This document shows positions 1-9,765 of a stretch of DNA of 64,000 bases, piece by piece. Within the stretch, counting starts at the first letter, position 1, and every line of letters begins with the position of its first letter. A program made the position numbers and the translations under genes. Below the pieces are notes generated by a model. That model did no database searches. It was given only the letters and a program-made list of their open reading frames with translations, and was not told the origin of the DNA. This DNA comes from an uncultured delta proteobacterium (lineage in GTDB: Bacteria; Desulfobacterota; Binatia; UBA9968): the NCBI GenBank assembly GCA_963737905.1, contig CAVTUQ010000026.1, positions 160,001 through 224,000 on the forward strand. The letters run 5' to 3'.

Positions 1-58
1 GATGATTAACTTTCGGGTTGGCATCGGCTTCCTTGATGAGATTCTTCATTTCGACCAT
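1..58 (-). CDS. 5' end of an unidentified gene running off the window (MVEMKNLIKEADANPKVNH...)
   Basis: ATG at 58-56 preceded by a strong RBS (AGAGGAGGAACA on the minus strand); frame open to the window edge. Confidence 0.6.
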   Translation of the reverse strand, partial: MVEMKNLIKEADANPKVNH

Positions 59-83
59 GGTGTTCCTCCTCTTTATTGTTTAC

Positions 84-170
84 TGTTCAATCGCTTCGCT
101 CAGTTCAACCGCTTTGCTCCGTTCAAACGGTTTAAACGGTTTGAACGACTGGAACGGCTTGAACGGTTGG
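84..170. repeat. Intergenic 9-nt-periodic palindromic repeat (GTTCAAnCG... / ...TTGAACG)
   Basis: gttcaatcg/gttcaaccg/gttcaaacg units followed by their complements ttgaacga/tggaacgg/ttgaacgg. Confidence 0.7.
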
Positions 171-443
171 CTATCCTTGATTACGCGGCGGTCGTTCTTT
201 GGGTTTGACCAGGCGTCCATGAGTCCCGTCGCAATAGGGATGATCCTTGGATCTCCAGCAACGGCAGATGGCGATGGTCGTTGGCTCGTCGAGTTCCAGG
301 ATGTGCGGCGTGATGCTCGTGACTACGTGGGAGCCGTCGCAGAAGGGCGGGTTTTTCGTGCGCGTGCAGCGGCAATAGGCCACGCTCTTTGAGACTTGCC
401 TGACAATGGTGGGTTCAATGAGATCGTCGTACGATAGTCCCAT
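171..443 (-). CDS. CDGSH iron-sulfur domain protein with two CDGSH domains (MiNT/CISD3-like)
   Basis: CRCTRTKNPPFCDGSH and CRCWRSKDHPYCDGTH motifs; RBS AGGAGA. Confidence 0.92.
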   Translation of the reverse strand: MGLSYDDLIEPTIVRQVSKSVAYCRCTRTKNPPFCDGSHVVTSITPHILELDEPTTIAICRCWRSKDHPYCDGTHGRLVKPKERPPRNQG

Positions 444-535
444 GGGGTCTCCTTATTGGACTCTATCTAAACTTTCGCTTCCTCGATCAGCAGGTTAGCC
501 GCAGTTTGGCGCGACTGTCAACCGCTGCCTTGCAA

Positions 536-1462
536 TCATCGCTCAAGCAGCTTAAGCGCATTGCGACCGAGAATGTCCTCCCGCTCCGCTTCCGTCAGAG
601 GCAAATCTTCTATGATCTTCTTGGCGCGGGGAAGGAGCGGCAATAAGGGCGGCGCGTCGCTACCGAACAACAACTGCTTTGCGCCCACCGTCTGATAAGC
701 GCACATGACCGCAGGCGGGTGATAGGCCACGGTATCCATATGGAGCGTTCGCAAATAGTCGCTCGGACGCTTGGTAATAAGCATGGGCTCATAGGTTCCC
801 AACCCCGATGCCTGGTCGCCGAGCTCATAGGCGTAGTCCATGCGGCCGATCACCTCGCAAATGCCGCCGCCCAGGTGGCAGCCGACGAATTTCAGCTTGG
901 GAAATTTCTCGAAGACGCCGCGCACGATCATGCGGGAGATGGCCAAACACTCATCAAAAGGTCGCCCGACGCTCGACGCCAGGCGGTATTCCTTCATCCG
1001 CTCCTCACCGAAACCCACGGACGGGGCATGCATCATCACTGGGATACCAAGACTTGTGACCATTTCGAAAAATGGCCGAGCCTCATCGTCGTCCGGGTAG
1101 GCGCCCTGGTGACTGGAGTTGACGAGCACGCCCTTCAAACCGCATTCAATGATTGCCCGCTCCAGCTCCTTTAGGAAAGCTTGGCCGCCACAGGGCAGGG
1201 TGCTGGTAAAGACCACGATTCGTCCTCGATGCTGCTGTTGAATCTCAGCGCCGTAGTCATTCCAGCGGCGGAGAAACGCCAAGGACTCCTCCGCGGTCTT
1301 GTCTCTAAGATAATGGATGGTATTGCTGACGACGCAGAGATCGATGCCGGCGCGCTCGTGGGCTTCCAGCAGGTTTTCAATGGTAAGAGGGGAAGCGCCG
1401 CCCCAGCGCCGCTCCCTGGCCAATTCGGGCGGGTAGACGTGAGCGTGCCAATCGACGATCAT
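536..1462 (-). CDS. Amidohydrolase_2 family protein (ACMSD-like decarboxylase/hydratase)
   Basis: N-terminal DWHAH, MMHAP, CHLGG and LFGSDAP metal-site motifs. Confidence 0.88.
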   Translation of the reverse strand: MIVDWHAHVYPPELARERRWGGASPLTIENLLEAHERAGIDLCVVSNTIHYLRDKTAEESLAFLRRWNDYGAEIQQQHRGRIVVFTSTLPCGGQAFLKELERAIIECGLKGVLVNSSHQGAYPDDDEARPFFEMVTSLGIPVMMHAPSVGFGEERMKEYRLASSVGRPFDECLAISRMIVRGVFEKFPKLKFVGCHLGGGICEVIGRMDYAYELGDQASGLGTYEPMLITKRPSDYLRTLHMDTVAYHPPAVMCAYQTVGAKQLLFGSDAPPLLPLLPRAKKIIEDLPLTEAEREDILGRNALKLLER

Positions 1463-1490
1463 TTACGTTGCTCCTTAACAGAAGACTTAT

Positions 1491-1602
1491 TTCACCGCAG
1501 AGGCTCAGAGTTCACATGGTTGACAAGCTCACCACGAGCGGAATTCTTCATAGCCGGCATCCTGAGCTTGGTCAGGATGCGCCCTCCGCGCCTCCGCGTG
1601 AG
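1491..1602. repeat. Intergenic palindromic repeat (CACCGCAGAGGCTCAGAG ... CTCCGCGCCTCCGCGTGAG)
   Basis: Imperfect inverted arms with 9-nt periodicity flanking a ~70-nt spacer. Confidence 0.55.
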
Positions 1603-1642
1603 TTTCCGATTGTTTTTCTTTGATGCACAGCGGTGCTTGAAG

Positions 1643-2602
1643 TCATCTCCCTTTAATTCCTAACTCCGCCTGGGCCTCATGAAGAAATCTTAAATCGGCG
1701 ACGTCAGTCGGCGCAACCTCTCTCGTGACTTTGGCGTTGCGGCGCGCTTGATCGATGACGAGCCTGAGCCCGTCCTCCGGAACGCCTCCATCGGGGTTGA
1801 AAAGATTTCGGAGCGCATCATAAGAGGCATAGGCATAGTCCCGCTCGACCTTGCCCCAATCAACTAACGTGCGGACCGCTTCTTCGCGATTCTCGCGGAT
1901 GAAACGGTTGGCGCGAATCGTTGCTTTGATGACTCTGCGAATCTCCTCGGGCTTCTCCTTTATTTTTTTTGTGTGGGTGCCGAGACCCAGATAGGGGAAA
2001 CTAAAAAGCTCATAGGCACGCGCGAGAATTCTGTAGCCCTGCTTCTCCATCTGGGCGTCGGCCGGCGGCGAAATGACAACGACGTCGACCACTCGCTGTT
2101 TCAATGCGGTGAGTCTGGCGGCATCGGAACCCAGGGCGAGAACTTTGATGTCTTTCTCCGGGTCCAGGCCGGCCTGCTTCAGCATCATGCGCGCGCCGAC
2201 GTCGGGCGTCGCTCCAAAGCTGCTAATGCCCAGGGTCTTGCCCTTAAGTTCCTTGAGCGAGCTGTATTCCGGTTGCGCAATGAGAGTCATGGGCCAGTTA
2301 TCGAGAAAACCGGCGACGATCCTCACGGGGAGCCCAGCGATGGCACCGCCGACCACCGCGCCGAAGAGCTGGCAGTAATCGATGTCGGCGGTGGCGAGCG
2401 CCGTGATCGCGACATTGGGATTCATGCGGATGATCTCCGCGTCCATATTTTCATCTTTGAAGAAGCCCTTTTTCTGCGCGACGGCCACGGTCAAATTCGG
2501 CATGTTAGGATTGGAGACGGCAATCCGAATCCGCTCGAGCGCGTTAACCTGAGGGGTGAGCCAGATGAAGATGACGAGCGTGGCGAGGATTTGTGCGATC
2601 AT
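1643..2602 (-). CDS. ABC transporter substrate-binding protein, NMT1/SsuA/TauA family
   Basis: Signal peptide; KGFFKDENMDAEII and LKELKGKTLGIS motifs. Confidence 0.88.
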   Translation of the reverse strand: MIAQILATLVIFIWLTPQVNALERIRIAVSNPNMPNLTVAVAQKKGFFKDENMDAEIIRMNPNVAITALATADIDYCQLFGAVVGGAIAGLPVRIVAGFLDNWPMTLIAQPEYSSLKELKGKTLGISSFGATPDVGARMMLKQAGLDPEKDIKVLALGSDAARLTALKQRVVDVVVISPPADAQMEKQGYRILARAYELFSFPYLGLGTHTKKIKEKPEEIRRVIKATIRANRFIRENREEAVRTLVDWGKVERDYAYASYDALRNLFNPDGGVPEDGLRLVIDQARRNAKVTREVAPTDVADLRFLHEAQAELGIKGR

Positions 2603-2858
2603 GTTGAATCGTTTAGGGTGTTAATAATGTTGACGCGCTATCGCTTTTAGCTGCAACTTCCTATGCCTAAGCGCGGGCGCTGTCAAGCGGCCCGCAATTC
2701 GGTTACTCTGGCATTTTGGTTCATTGCAACACGATCGGTATAGGGTGTCACAGTTCTTCTTGACGAAATTTATTTGCCTTTGCTAGCATTCGCTCCGACG
2801 CCAACATGAGGCACCTTCGTGTATAACTGGAAATCATTCTCCCGAACGAAATCGTAGC

Positions 2859-4478
2859 ATGGCTTCAACACCCTCAGACTTGGGCGTAAGAATCGCTTAT
2901 TTCTTTCTTGATCGCACACCGATCGGAAAGCTCGTACGGTGGGTAGCGGGCATCAAGTCTTCGGTCCACGCAAAACTAGTCACTGGGTTTTTGCTTGTGA
3001 CGTTACTCTTCATCGCGATGGGATGGTTCAGTCTGCAAGCCATTACCAAGATGTCTGAACAGACCACTCTCCTGGATCAAGCTCATAAACGGGTCGAGTG
3101 GTCGCGCCAGATCCAGCATGCGTTGGCGTTGCAGATGAATTTCACTGCCATGGCCCTGCTCGTGCGCGACGAGGCGACGGTGGAGAAGATTTTGCGTGAA
3201 AACAATCGCTTTAACAATACGCTGGCGCTGATTGCCGAAGCTGCCGTGCCGGAGGAGCAGGACGTCATTCAGCGGATCCGCGTTGCCCAGGGAGAAGCTT
3301 TGACTGCGGTGGCGGACATCGCAAATCTCTTGCGCGACGGGAAGGTGAACGAGGCCATGAGTTTGCAAACGAGCAAAGGGTATCCGCTCTATGAGCAGAT
3401 CGCGGGACTGGTGGATCAGATCGTGATCGCTGAGCAGTCGAAGATGACCGGCCTGAGAGCCAGCGTCGCCGCAGCGACTCAAAGAACGCAGAGGCTCATG
3501 GGCGGATTCGTGGTAAGTTCAATATTACTGGCGCTTCTGCTCGGCTTTGTAATCTCGTGGTCGTTCATATTGCCTGTGCGGGAAGCCCATGGCTTCCTGA
3601 CCGAAATAGCCAAGGGCAATTTCCAAGCCACCATCAAGGTTCCCAACCGAGACGAATTCGGTGACTTGGCAGATCGGATGAATCAAATGAGCCAGGAGTT
3701 ACACGACTTATATGAACACCAGCGAACCGCGGCGCAAGAACTGCAGATGCTCAATGCGCGGCTCACGGAGGCGAGCAAGGCCAAGTCCGAATTTCTCGCC
3801 AACATGAGCCATGAGTTGCGCACACCCATGAACGCTATTCTAGGATTCATTGAGATGATTCTGGACGACATCTATGGAGAGGTACCGCCTCACTTGAGAG
3901 AGCCTCTGATAGATGTCCAAGTAAATGGCAAGCATTTGCTCAATCTGATAAATGATGTTCTGGATCTTTCTAAGATTGAAGCCGGGCGCATGGAGCTCGT
4001 TTTGGGCGAGTATTCCGTGCAGGACGTGGTGGAGACCGTCCGCACTTCGCTTCAATCGCTGGCGTTGGAAAAGGGATTGGGATTCGCCGCTGCAGCCGAG
4101 GAAAATATTCCGCTCGCTTTTGGGGACGGAAGGCGCATCGCCCAATGCCTCATGAACCTGGTGGGAAACGCGCTGAAATTCTGCAAACATGGGAGCGTCG
4201 CGGTTTGGGTAGAGCGACAGGGGGACGATCTGCTCTATCACGTGTCGGATACCGGAATCGGCATACCCAAGGAGGAGTTGAAAAACATTTTTACTGAGTT
4301 CCGGCAAGTCGATACGGCGATGACGCGGGAGTTCAGCGGGACCGGCCTCGGGCTTAATATCACGAAGAAGTTCGTGGAAATGCACGGCGGCCGGATCTGG
4401 GTGGAGAGCGAGCTGGGAAAGGGATCGACCTTTTTCTTTTCAATCCCTTTGCGTGTCAACGATGGAGGGACCCCATGA
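2859..4478 (+). CDS. Membrane sensor histidine kinase (periplasmic helical sensor, HAMP, HisKA, HATPase)
   Basis: Two TM segments; NRDEFGDLA HAMP; FLANMSHELRTPMN H-box; N, G1 and G2 boxes. Confidence 0.95.
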   Translation: MASTPSDLGVRIAYFFLDRTPIGKLVRWVAGIKSSVHAKLVTGFLLVTLLFIAMGWFSLQAITKMSEQTTLLDQAHKRVEWSRQIQHALALQMNFTAMALLVRDEATVEKILRENNRFNNTLALIAEAAVPEEQDVIQRIRVAQGEALTAVADIANLLRDGKVNEAMSLQTSKGYPLYEQIAGLVDQIVIAEQSKMTGLRASVAAATQRTQRLMGGFVVSSILLALLLGFVISWSFILPVREAHGFLTEIAKGNFQATIKVPNRDEFGDLADRMNQMSQELHDLYEHQRTAAQELQMLNARLTEASKAKSEFLANMSHELRTPMNAILGFIEMILDDIYGEVPPHLREPLIDVQVNGKHLLNLINDVLDLSKIEAGRMELVLGEYSVQDVVETVRTSLQSLALEKGLGFAAAAEENIPLAFGDGRRIAQCLMNLVGNALKFCKHGSVAVWVERQGDDLLYHVSDTGIGIPKEELKNIFTEFRQVDTAMTREFSGTGLGLNITKKFVEMHGGRIWVESELGKGSTFFFSIPLRVNDGGTP

Positions 4479-4849
4479 GCGACAAGACCGTCCTTTACGT
4501 GGAGGACAACGAGTACAATCTCAAGATCGTCCGCCAATTGCTGGCCCGCACTTCTTATCGGCTGATCGAGGCGGTGGATGGCCAGCTAGGGGTGGAGACG
4601 GCGCTCCGCGAGTTGCCTGACCTGATTCTTATGGATATCCAGCTTCCCAAGCTGTCGGGGCTGGACGCGACCCGAATGCTTCGCGCTGATCCCAAGACCG
4701 CCGCCATTCCGATTATCGTGATCACCTCCTTCGCGCTCAGCGGCGACGACCAGAAGGCGAAGGATGCAGGCGCCTCTGCCTATCTGGCAAAGCCCTATAG
4801 TCCTCGCGAGCTGCTTCAGATGATTCGTAAATTTGTGCCTGAGAGTTGA
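4475..4849 (+). CDS. Single-domain response regulator (DivK-like)
   Basis: VEDN, LILMDIQLP and YLAKP motifs; ATGA overlap with the HK. Confidence 0.93.
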   Translation: MSDKTVLYVEDNEYNLKIVRQLLARTSYRLIEAVDGQLGVETALRELPDLILMDIQLPKLSGLDATRMLRADPKTAAIPIIVITSFALSGDDQKAKDAGASAYLAKPYSPRELLQMIRKFVPES

Positions 4850-4873
4850 GTGCTTGGAGGAAAGGGTAGAGAC

Positions 4874-5935
4874 ATGGCAAGTCGACCTCCTCGCATATTG
4901 GCAGTCGACGACAACAAGCAAAATCTCGACCTTCTGACGAAAGCACTGACGTCGGCGCACTACGAGATCATCACTGCCACGGATGGCCCCACAGCCTTGA
5001 ATCTCGTCGAAAGCGCTGCCGCGGATTTGGTCCTCTTGGACGTCATGATGCCTGGTATGTCAGGGTACGAAGTCTGCGAGAGAATTCGCGCCAACGAAAC
5101 CACGCGCCGGCTGCCGGTGGTGATGTTAACGGCACTGCACGATGTTTCCCATCGGATCAGAGGCATCGAAGCAGGTGCCGACGACTTTTTGACCAAACCC
5201 TTTAACCGAGAGGAGTTGTTGACTCGCGTCAAGTCCCTGCTGAGGATCAAGACGCTGCACGATGACATTGAGACAAAAAACCGCCTGCTCCGGACGCTTT
5301 TCGGTCGGTACGTCTCCGAAGAAGTGGCTGCGGAGATCATGGCCGATCCGGAACGTCAGTTAAAGTTGGGCGGGGAAAAGCGCGAGGTCACCGTTCTCTT
5401 TGGCGACCTGCGCGGGTTCACACCGCTGGCTGAGCGACTTGACCCGCAGGATGCCGTCGAGATTCTCAACGTTTATCTATCGCATGTGATCGACATTGTC
5501 TTTGAGAATAAAGGCACCCTCGACAAATTTCGAGGAGACGGGGTCATGGCGTTTTTTGGCGCGCCGATAGGTCACAAAGATCACCCGTCCAGTGCGGTGC
5601 GCTGTGCGCTTGCCATGCAGGAGCAATTAAAAGGTATCAGCTTCGCCAGATTTCCCGACCTTCATCTCCACATGGGGATCGGAATCAACACCGGAACTGT
5701 TATCGCTGGAAATATCGGATCGGAACGGAGAACGGATTACACGGTAATCGGCAACGAGGTCAATGTGGCCCAGCGGTTCGAGTCGAACGCCGGACCCGGG
5801 CAGATCCTAATTACCGGCAGTACCTACGAGCACCTCAAAGAAGCCTTAGAGGTTCGCGAGCTAGGGCTCTTGAGAGTGGCAGGGAAGCAAGAAGGGGTAA
5901 TGGCTTACGACGTACTCCGCTGGCGCGGGCTATAA
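4874..5935 (+). CDS. REC domain plus class III adenylate cyclase
   Basis: REC (VDD, LLDVMMP, KP); cyclase FGDLRGFT, DKFRGDG, DYTVIGNEVNVAQR with canonical adenine-specifying K and D. Start placed at ATG 4874. Confidence 0.93.
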   Translation: MASRPPRILAVDDNKQNLDLLTKALTSAHYEIITATDGPTALNLVESAAADLVLLDVMMPGMSGYEVCERIRANETTRRLPVVMLTALHDVSHRIRGIEAGADDFLTKPFNREELLTRVKSLLRIKTLHDDIETKNRLLRTLFGRYVSEEVAAEIMADPERQLKLGGEKREVTVLFGDLRGFTPLAERLDPQDAVEILNVYLSHVIDIVFENKGTLDKFRGDGVMAFFGAPIGHKDHPSSAVRCALAMQEQLKGISFARFPDLHLHMGIGINTGTVIAGNIGSERRTDYTVIGNEVNVAQRFESNAGPGQILITGSTYEHLKEALEVRELGLLRVAGKQEGVMAYDVLRWRGL

Positions 5936-5972
5936 AAAGCGCAACAGAGATCGATCGCAGGAGGAAAATTCA

Positions 5973-6425
5973 ATGAGTAACAATCACAAGCAGGGGCTCG
6001 TAGGGGCCGTCGCGGTGCTCGGTCTCGCTCTAGGTCAGCTCGCCGTTGGGTTGACGCCGCCTGTGTGGCCGGGACAGGCAGAGCAGTTTACTCCCGAGTT
6101 CAAGGAGGTGCGCAAATCCTTCGATGCCAAGCACACGCCGAAAATCGTCGCGCCGGATACCGTCAAGCGGGGTCAATGGTTCGATGTCACGGTCTCTGTT
6201 GGAAGCGGTGGGGAGCATCCTTCGCTGAGCGAGCACGCTATCCGGTACATTGCCCTGTACATCAACACTGCAGAGATCTCCCGAGTTTATCTCCACCCGG
6301 TCTACTCGTACCCTAAGGTCACCTTCACGATTGCACTGGACGAGGGAGGATCACTTCGCGCCTTGGACGAGCCGAATCATTCGGCGGCCTGGGAAGCGTC
6401 AAAAAAAATTACGGTGGTTCCTTAG
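5973..6425 (+). CDS. Exported superoxide reductase-like (desulfoferrodoxin/class II SORL) domain protein
   Basis: KHTP, HPSLSEHAIRYIALY and PNH motifs; hydrophobic N-terminal signal; RBS AGGAGG. Confidence 0.7.
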   Translation: MSNNHKQGLVGAVAVLGLALGQLAVGLTPPVWPGQAEQFTPEFKEVRKSFDAKHTPKIVAPDTVKRGQWFDVTVSVGSGGEHPSLSEHAIRYIALYINTAEISRVYLHPVYSYPKVTFTIALDEGGSLRALDEPNHSAAWEASKKITVVP

Positions 6426-6439
6426 CTGACCGGTCAAGA

Positions 6440-7153
6440 TCACTTCTTCTCCATGCGCACGGTGATGGTCTGAGTGTCTTTGCCGGACACAGTGACCTCC
6501 TGGTCGACGCGTCCCAAGGTTTCTTGCCAAGCCTGAAGCTTGTATTTGCCCGGCGGTACGTTTTCGAAGACGAATTCTCCCTCTTCGTTGGTCACCGCAT
6601 AGAAAGGGTGCTCGGCGACCACTATCCAACCGCGCATCCAGGAGTGAAGATCGCAATCGACACGAAGGACCTCCGGGCTCTTGAACCCGATCGAAATCGT
6701 CCGCGCGTGCGGTTGCGCGCGGTTGAAGGGCGGATTCTCCTTGCCGCCGCCGCGTACATTATGTAACAGCCGGTCGCTGTTGAGGAATTCAACTGTGCCG
6801 CCGACCGGAACGATGACCACGCGGGGCACGAAGACGCATTGCTTCTGATCCATTTTTGCCGGCGCAGGACTCGCCGGCGCTTTCGAGCCGGCTGGAACGC
6901 CGTTAAGGGACACGACGACATTGCGGATCCCATTGGTCGAGGAAAGGACCAAGTCGCCGGCTTCTTTTTCTTTGCCACACAGATATTGATCAATGGTTAC
7001 CGGGAACGTCTTCTTTTCCACTCGGGGCCCGGCGTAGCGAACGTTCCCTTTGATTGTTGTCGCCGACACGTTTACGGTAGCGAAGGCACAGAACACCACT
7101 ACACCAGCGATGGAAGAGATTTGTTTATTTCGCCGAGCGTCATAGCGTTTCAT
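6440..7153 (-). CDS. Exported cupredoxin-like plus carboxypeptidase-regulatory-like domain protein
   Basis: Signal peptide; DQKQCVFVP, NSDRLLHNV and CDLHSWM (His...Cys-x2-His-x2-Met); C-terminal VPPGKYKLQAW. Confidence 0.75.
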   Translation of the reverse strand: MKRYDARRNKQISSIAGVVVFCAFATVNVSATTIKGNVRYAGPRVEKKTFPVTIDQYLCGKEKEAGDLVLSSTNGIRNVVVSLNGVPAGSKAPASPAPAKMDQKQCVFVPRVVIVPVGGTVEFLNSDRLLHNVRGGGKENPPFNRAQPHARTISIGFKSPEVLRVDCDLHSWMRGWIVVAEHPFYAVTNEEGEFVFENVPPGKYKLQAWQETLGRVDQEVTVSGKDTQTITVRMEKK

Positions 7154-7257
7154 CGGTTTGTATCCTTAAAAAACTATAACCTGAAAAAATGAGATAGGTT
7201 CCATTGACCATAGACATTAACCACTGACGTCTAGATCAGACTAACACACTATATTAA

Positions 7258-8148
7258 TTAAAGAAATCCGTAGAGCGTCGCAGGATTTTCCACCAGGATC
7301 TTTTTTCTGACTTGGTCATCCGGTGCGAATTCGGCAAGCAGATCCACTAAATCGCCGTCGTTAGGCGTATGTCCTGGGGCAAAATTGTTGGAGTGGGGCC
7401 AGTCGGTGCCCCAGAGGGTTCGGTCAGGCGCGGCGGAGATGACCGCGCGCGCGAAGGGGATCACTTCAACAAAGGGCAGCCCGAAGTAGGAATGCACCTT
7501 CGTATTGCAGATCTTGTCCGCGCCGCTGACTTTCACCCAGACGTGCTCTTCTTTCAATAGATCCAAAAGCAGTTGGAAAGCCGGCTGGTCTAGTCCTTCG
7601 GTAGGAATGATCCGCGCGATATGGTCGATAACCACCGGGCTTGGCATAGCCCGAATACGGTTTTCCTGTTCCAGCAAGTTCTTCGGATCGATGTGCAGGT
7701 CCACCGACCAACCAAACTCTAGGATGTGTTCCACGCAGCGATCCAGGACGTCGAGCTTTACGTTGCCGCGGGGCCGGTCGAGCAAGTTGAAACGGACGCC
7801 GCGCACACCGCCTTCATGTAATTTTTGCAGCTCGCTCTTCGGTGTTTTGTCGTCGATCCGCGCGACGCCGCGAAAGCGCGCGCCGGACTTGGAGATGGCA
7901 TCCAGTGTTGCTGAGTTGTCGAGGCCGTGCACACTGGGTTGAACGACCACGCCGCGCTGCGTGCCGATTACTTCTGTCATTTTCAAGTAGTGCTCCAGCG
8001 GCGCGGCGGGCGGCGTGTATTCGTGAGTCGATAGAAAAGGGAACGTTTCCGGCGGACCGAAAATATGAAAATGGGTGTCGCAGGAATTGGCCGGAGGCGC
8101 GAAGCTGGGCTTCCGCGTGTTCGGATCCGGCGGCATGCAGTAGGGCAT
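7258..8148 (-). CDS. Amidohydrolase, 2-pyrone-4,6-dicarboxylate lactonase (LigI)-like
   Basis: CDTHFHIFGP, VQPSVHG, GVRGVRFN, IDHIA and LWGTDWPH motifs. Confidence 0.85.
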   Translation of the reverse strand: MPYCMPPDPNTRKPSFAPPANSCDTHFHIFGPPETFPFLSTHEYTPPAAPLEHYLKMTEVIGTQRGVVVQPSVHGLDNSATLDAISKSGARFRGVARIDDKTPKSELQKLHEGGVRGVRFNLLDRPRGNVKLDVLDRCVEHILEFGWSVDLHIDPKNLLEQENRIRAMPSPVVIDHIARIIPTEGLDQPAFQLLLDLLKEEHVWVKVSGADKICNTKVHSYFGLPFVEVIPFARAVISAAPDRTLWGTDWPHSNNFAPGHTPNDGDLVDLLAEFAPDDQVRKKILVENPATLYGFL

Positions 8149-8219
8149 TGGCTTCTTACTCTCAAATTTTTAACAGAATCACTACAACAAAGTTTGTCGC
8201 GCCAGGACGCGAACGAACA

Positions 8220-8353
8220 AAATCCGAAATTCGAATATCGAAATCCGAAACAAACCCAAAGAATTAAAATTCACCTTACGAAATCCGAAACGGGTCGGTT
8301 TGGAGTTTTCCGATTTTGGAGCATTTGAAATTGTTTCGAATTTCGGATTTCGA
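8220..8353. repeat. Heptamer-periodic palindromic repeat (AAATCCG/AAATTCG/AATATCG ... TTTCGGATTTCG)
   Basis: Tandem 7-mers on the left arm with reverse-complement 7-mers on the right arm. Confidence 0.8.
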
Positions 8354-8377
8354 GTTTTTGTCCTTTGTATAAACGGT

Positions 8378-9238
8378 CTATAACCCCATTTGCTTGAACA
8401 TCGCCTGGGTGAGCAGACTGTTGGCGTTGGCCAAGTGCTCCGACATGGTGTAGTGATTGGCGCCTGGAATGACCAGATATTGGGAATCCAAGCCGCGTTC
8501 TTTACAGAGCTCGAAATAATCCTCGGACATTTGCTGCCAGCCTTTGGGCTCGGCGCCGCCCACGGCGACGATCACCGGACAGGTTGGCAGCGGGGGATGA
8601 AGGAACGGGCTGTTCTCACCCGCGATCTCCGGGGTCATGTGAACCTGCTCGTCGACGCTGATCTGCATCACCATGTCCAGATCATAGACACCGGACGTGG
8701 CCACGGCCCCTTTGATGAGATTTCTCGGCAAACCCTCTTTCTCCCAGTCGTGAGCCAAAGCCATGGCCGTGAGATGGCCGCCCGCGGAGTGGCCGGAGAC
8801 GTAGAGCTTCGACGGGTTGCCGCTATAGCGCATGATGTTTCGGTAAACCCAGGCGATCGAAGCACGGGTTTGACGGACAATATCGGTAACCGTCACCTTT
8901 GGACACAAGTCGTACTCAACGAGAACGACCGTTGCGCCGCGCTCTACGAACGTCGGCGCGAAGTTGCAGTTGTCGTCTTTGCTGCCGCTCCGCCAGTAGC
9001 CCCCGTGTATGTAAACGAGTACCGGCCCTCCCGGCCGGTCCGCCGGATAGATATCCAAAATCTCACGCGGCGAGTTCCCGTAGGGTACATTGAGCCAAGA
9101 CTTCAGAGTCGAGCGGGCCTTCCGACTCGCTTCTGCTCGTCGCTTGGCGAGCTCCGGATATTCCGGTACCGATTCCCGAGGGTTGTATTGAAATTCTAAC
9201 TCATCTCTGCGGAAGCCTTTATACGTACTTTCGTTCAT
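8378..9238 (-). CDS. Alpha/beta hydrolase, arylformamidase (kynurenine formamidase)-like
   Basis: HGGYW oxyanion motif, GHSAGGH nucleophile elbow, ANHY. Start placed at MNESTY (ATG 9238). Confidence 0.85.
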   Translation of the reverse strand: MNESTYKGFRRDELEFQYNPRESVPEYPELAKRRAEASRKARSTLKSWLNVPYGNSPREILDIYPADRPGGPVLVYIHGGYWRSGSKDDNCNFAPTFVERGATVVLVEYDLCPKVTVTDIVRQTRASIAWVYRNIMRYSGNPSKLYVSGHSAGGHLTAMALAHDWEKEGLPRNLIKGAVATSGVYDLDMVMQISVDEQVHMTPEIAGENSPFLHPPLPTCPVIVAVGGAEPKGWQQMSEDYFELCKERGLDSQYLVIPGANHYTMSEHLANANSLLTQAMFKQMGL

Positions 9239-9621
9239 AGGGTTGTCCTTGGCGCCAGGATCATGATCTAAACTTGGCGTTTTCCCTGACCGTAATGTAA
9301 GAAGCTTTTCATTGTCAATGCCTGTTGAGACTGGCATTCATCCAGGGTATGGAAGCAGCTTTCGATACTAGGCGTATCTTTATAGATACGTGGTTTCAAT
9401 GATTTTAGACAACAATGCAACCACATCCTCTTGTATTTCAATGGACTCTCAAATGTTGCACGATCACGAGAAGATTAGCCCAAAAATTGCTTATCGTCAC
9501 TTATTGCTTCGATCGGTGGGGTTGAGTGGCCTCGTTTTTGTCTCACATCGAAGTCAAGAGCTGATGTTGCTCAAACATCCAACCTCCGAGTGGACTTTGT
9601 TTTTTTAACTAGCACCATAGG

Positions 9622-9650
9622 TTGACAAAGGAAAGTGAGTTGAGTAATTT
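9622..9650 (+). promoter_or_regulatory. Candidate sigma-70 promoter for the 9766-13758 operon
   Basis: TTGACA-N17-TAATTT. Confidence 0.5.
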
Positions 9651-9765
9651 CGGTCGTATAGCAACTCGGACTAAGCATTTTCGAGCCCGCGCGGCGTCAT
9701 GCCCATCCGGCCTCGATTTTTGTGCCAAAGACGGTTGCTGGTGGACGGGTAAGAAAGGGTAGGCG

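Noticed and set aside
84-170. Possible CRISPR array (also considered 8220-8353 and 13763-13833)
   Set aside because: Units are 7-9 nt with inverted arms, there are no unique spacers and no cas genes
2-392. Plus-strand ORFs 2-208 and 18-392 with repetitive RF/NG residues
   Set aside because: Translation of the 84-170 DNA repeat, and antisense to real minus-strand genes
1973-9199. Long alternative ORFs such as 1973-2650 and 8390-9199
   Set aside because: Antisense shadows of well-supported genes, without motifs
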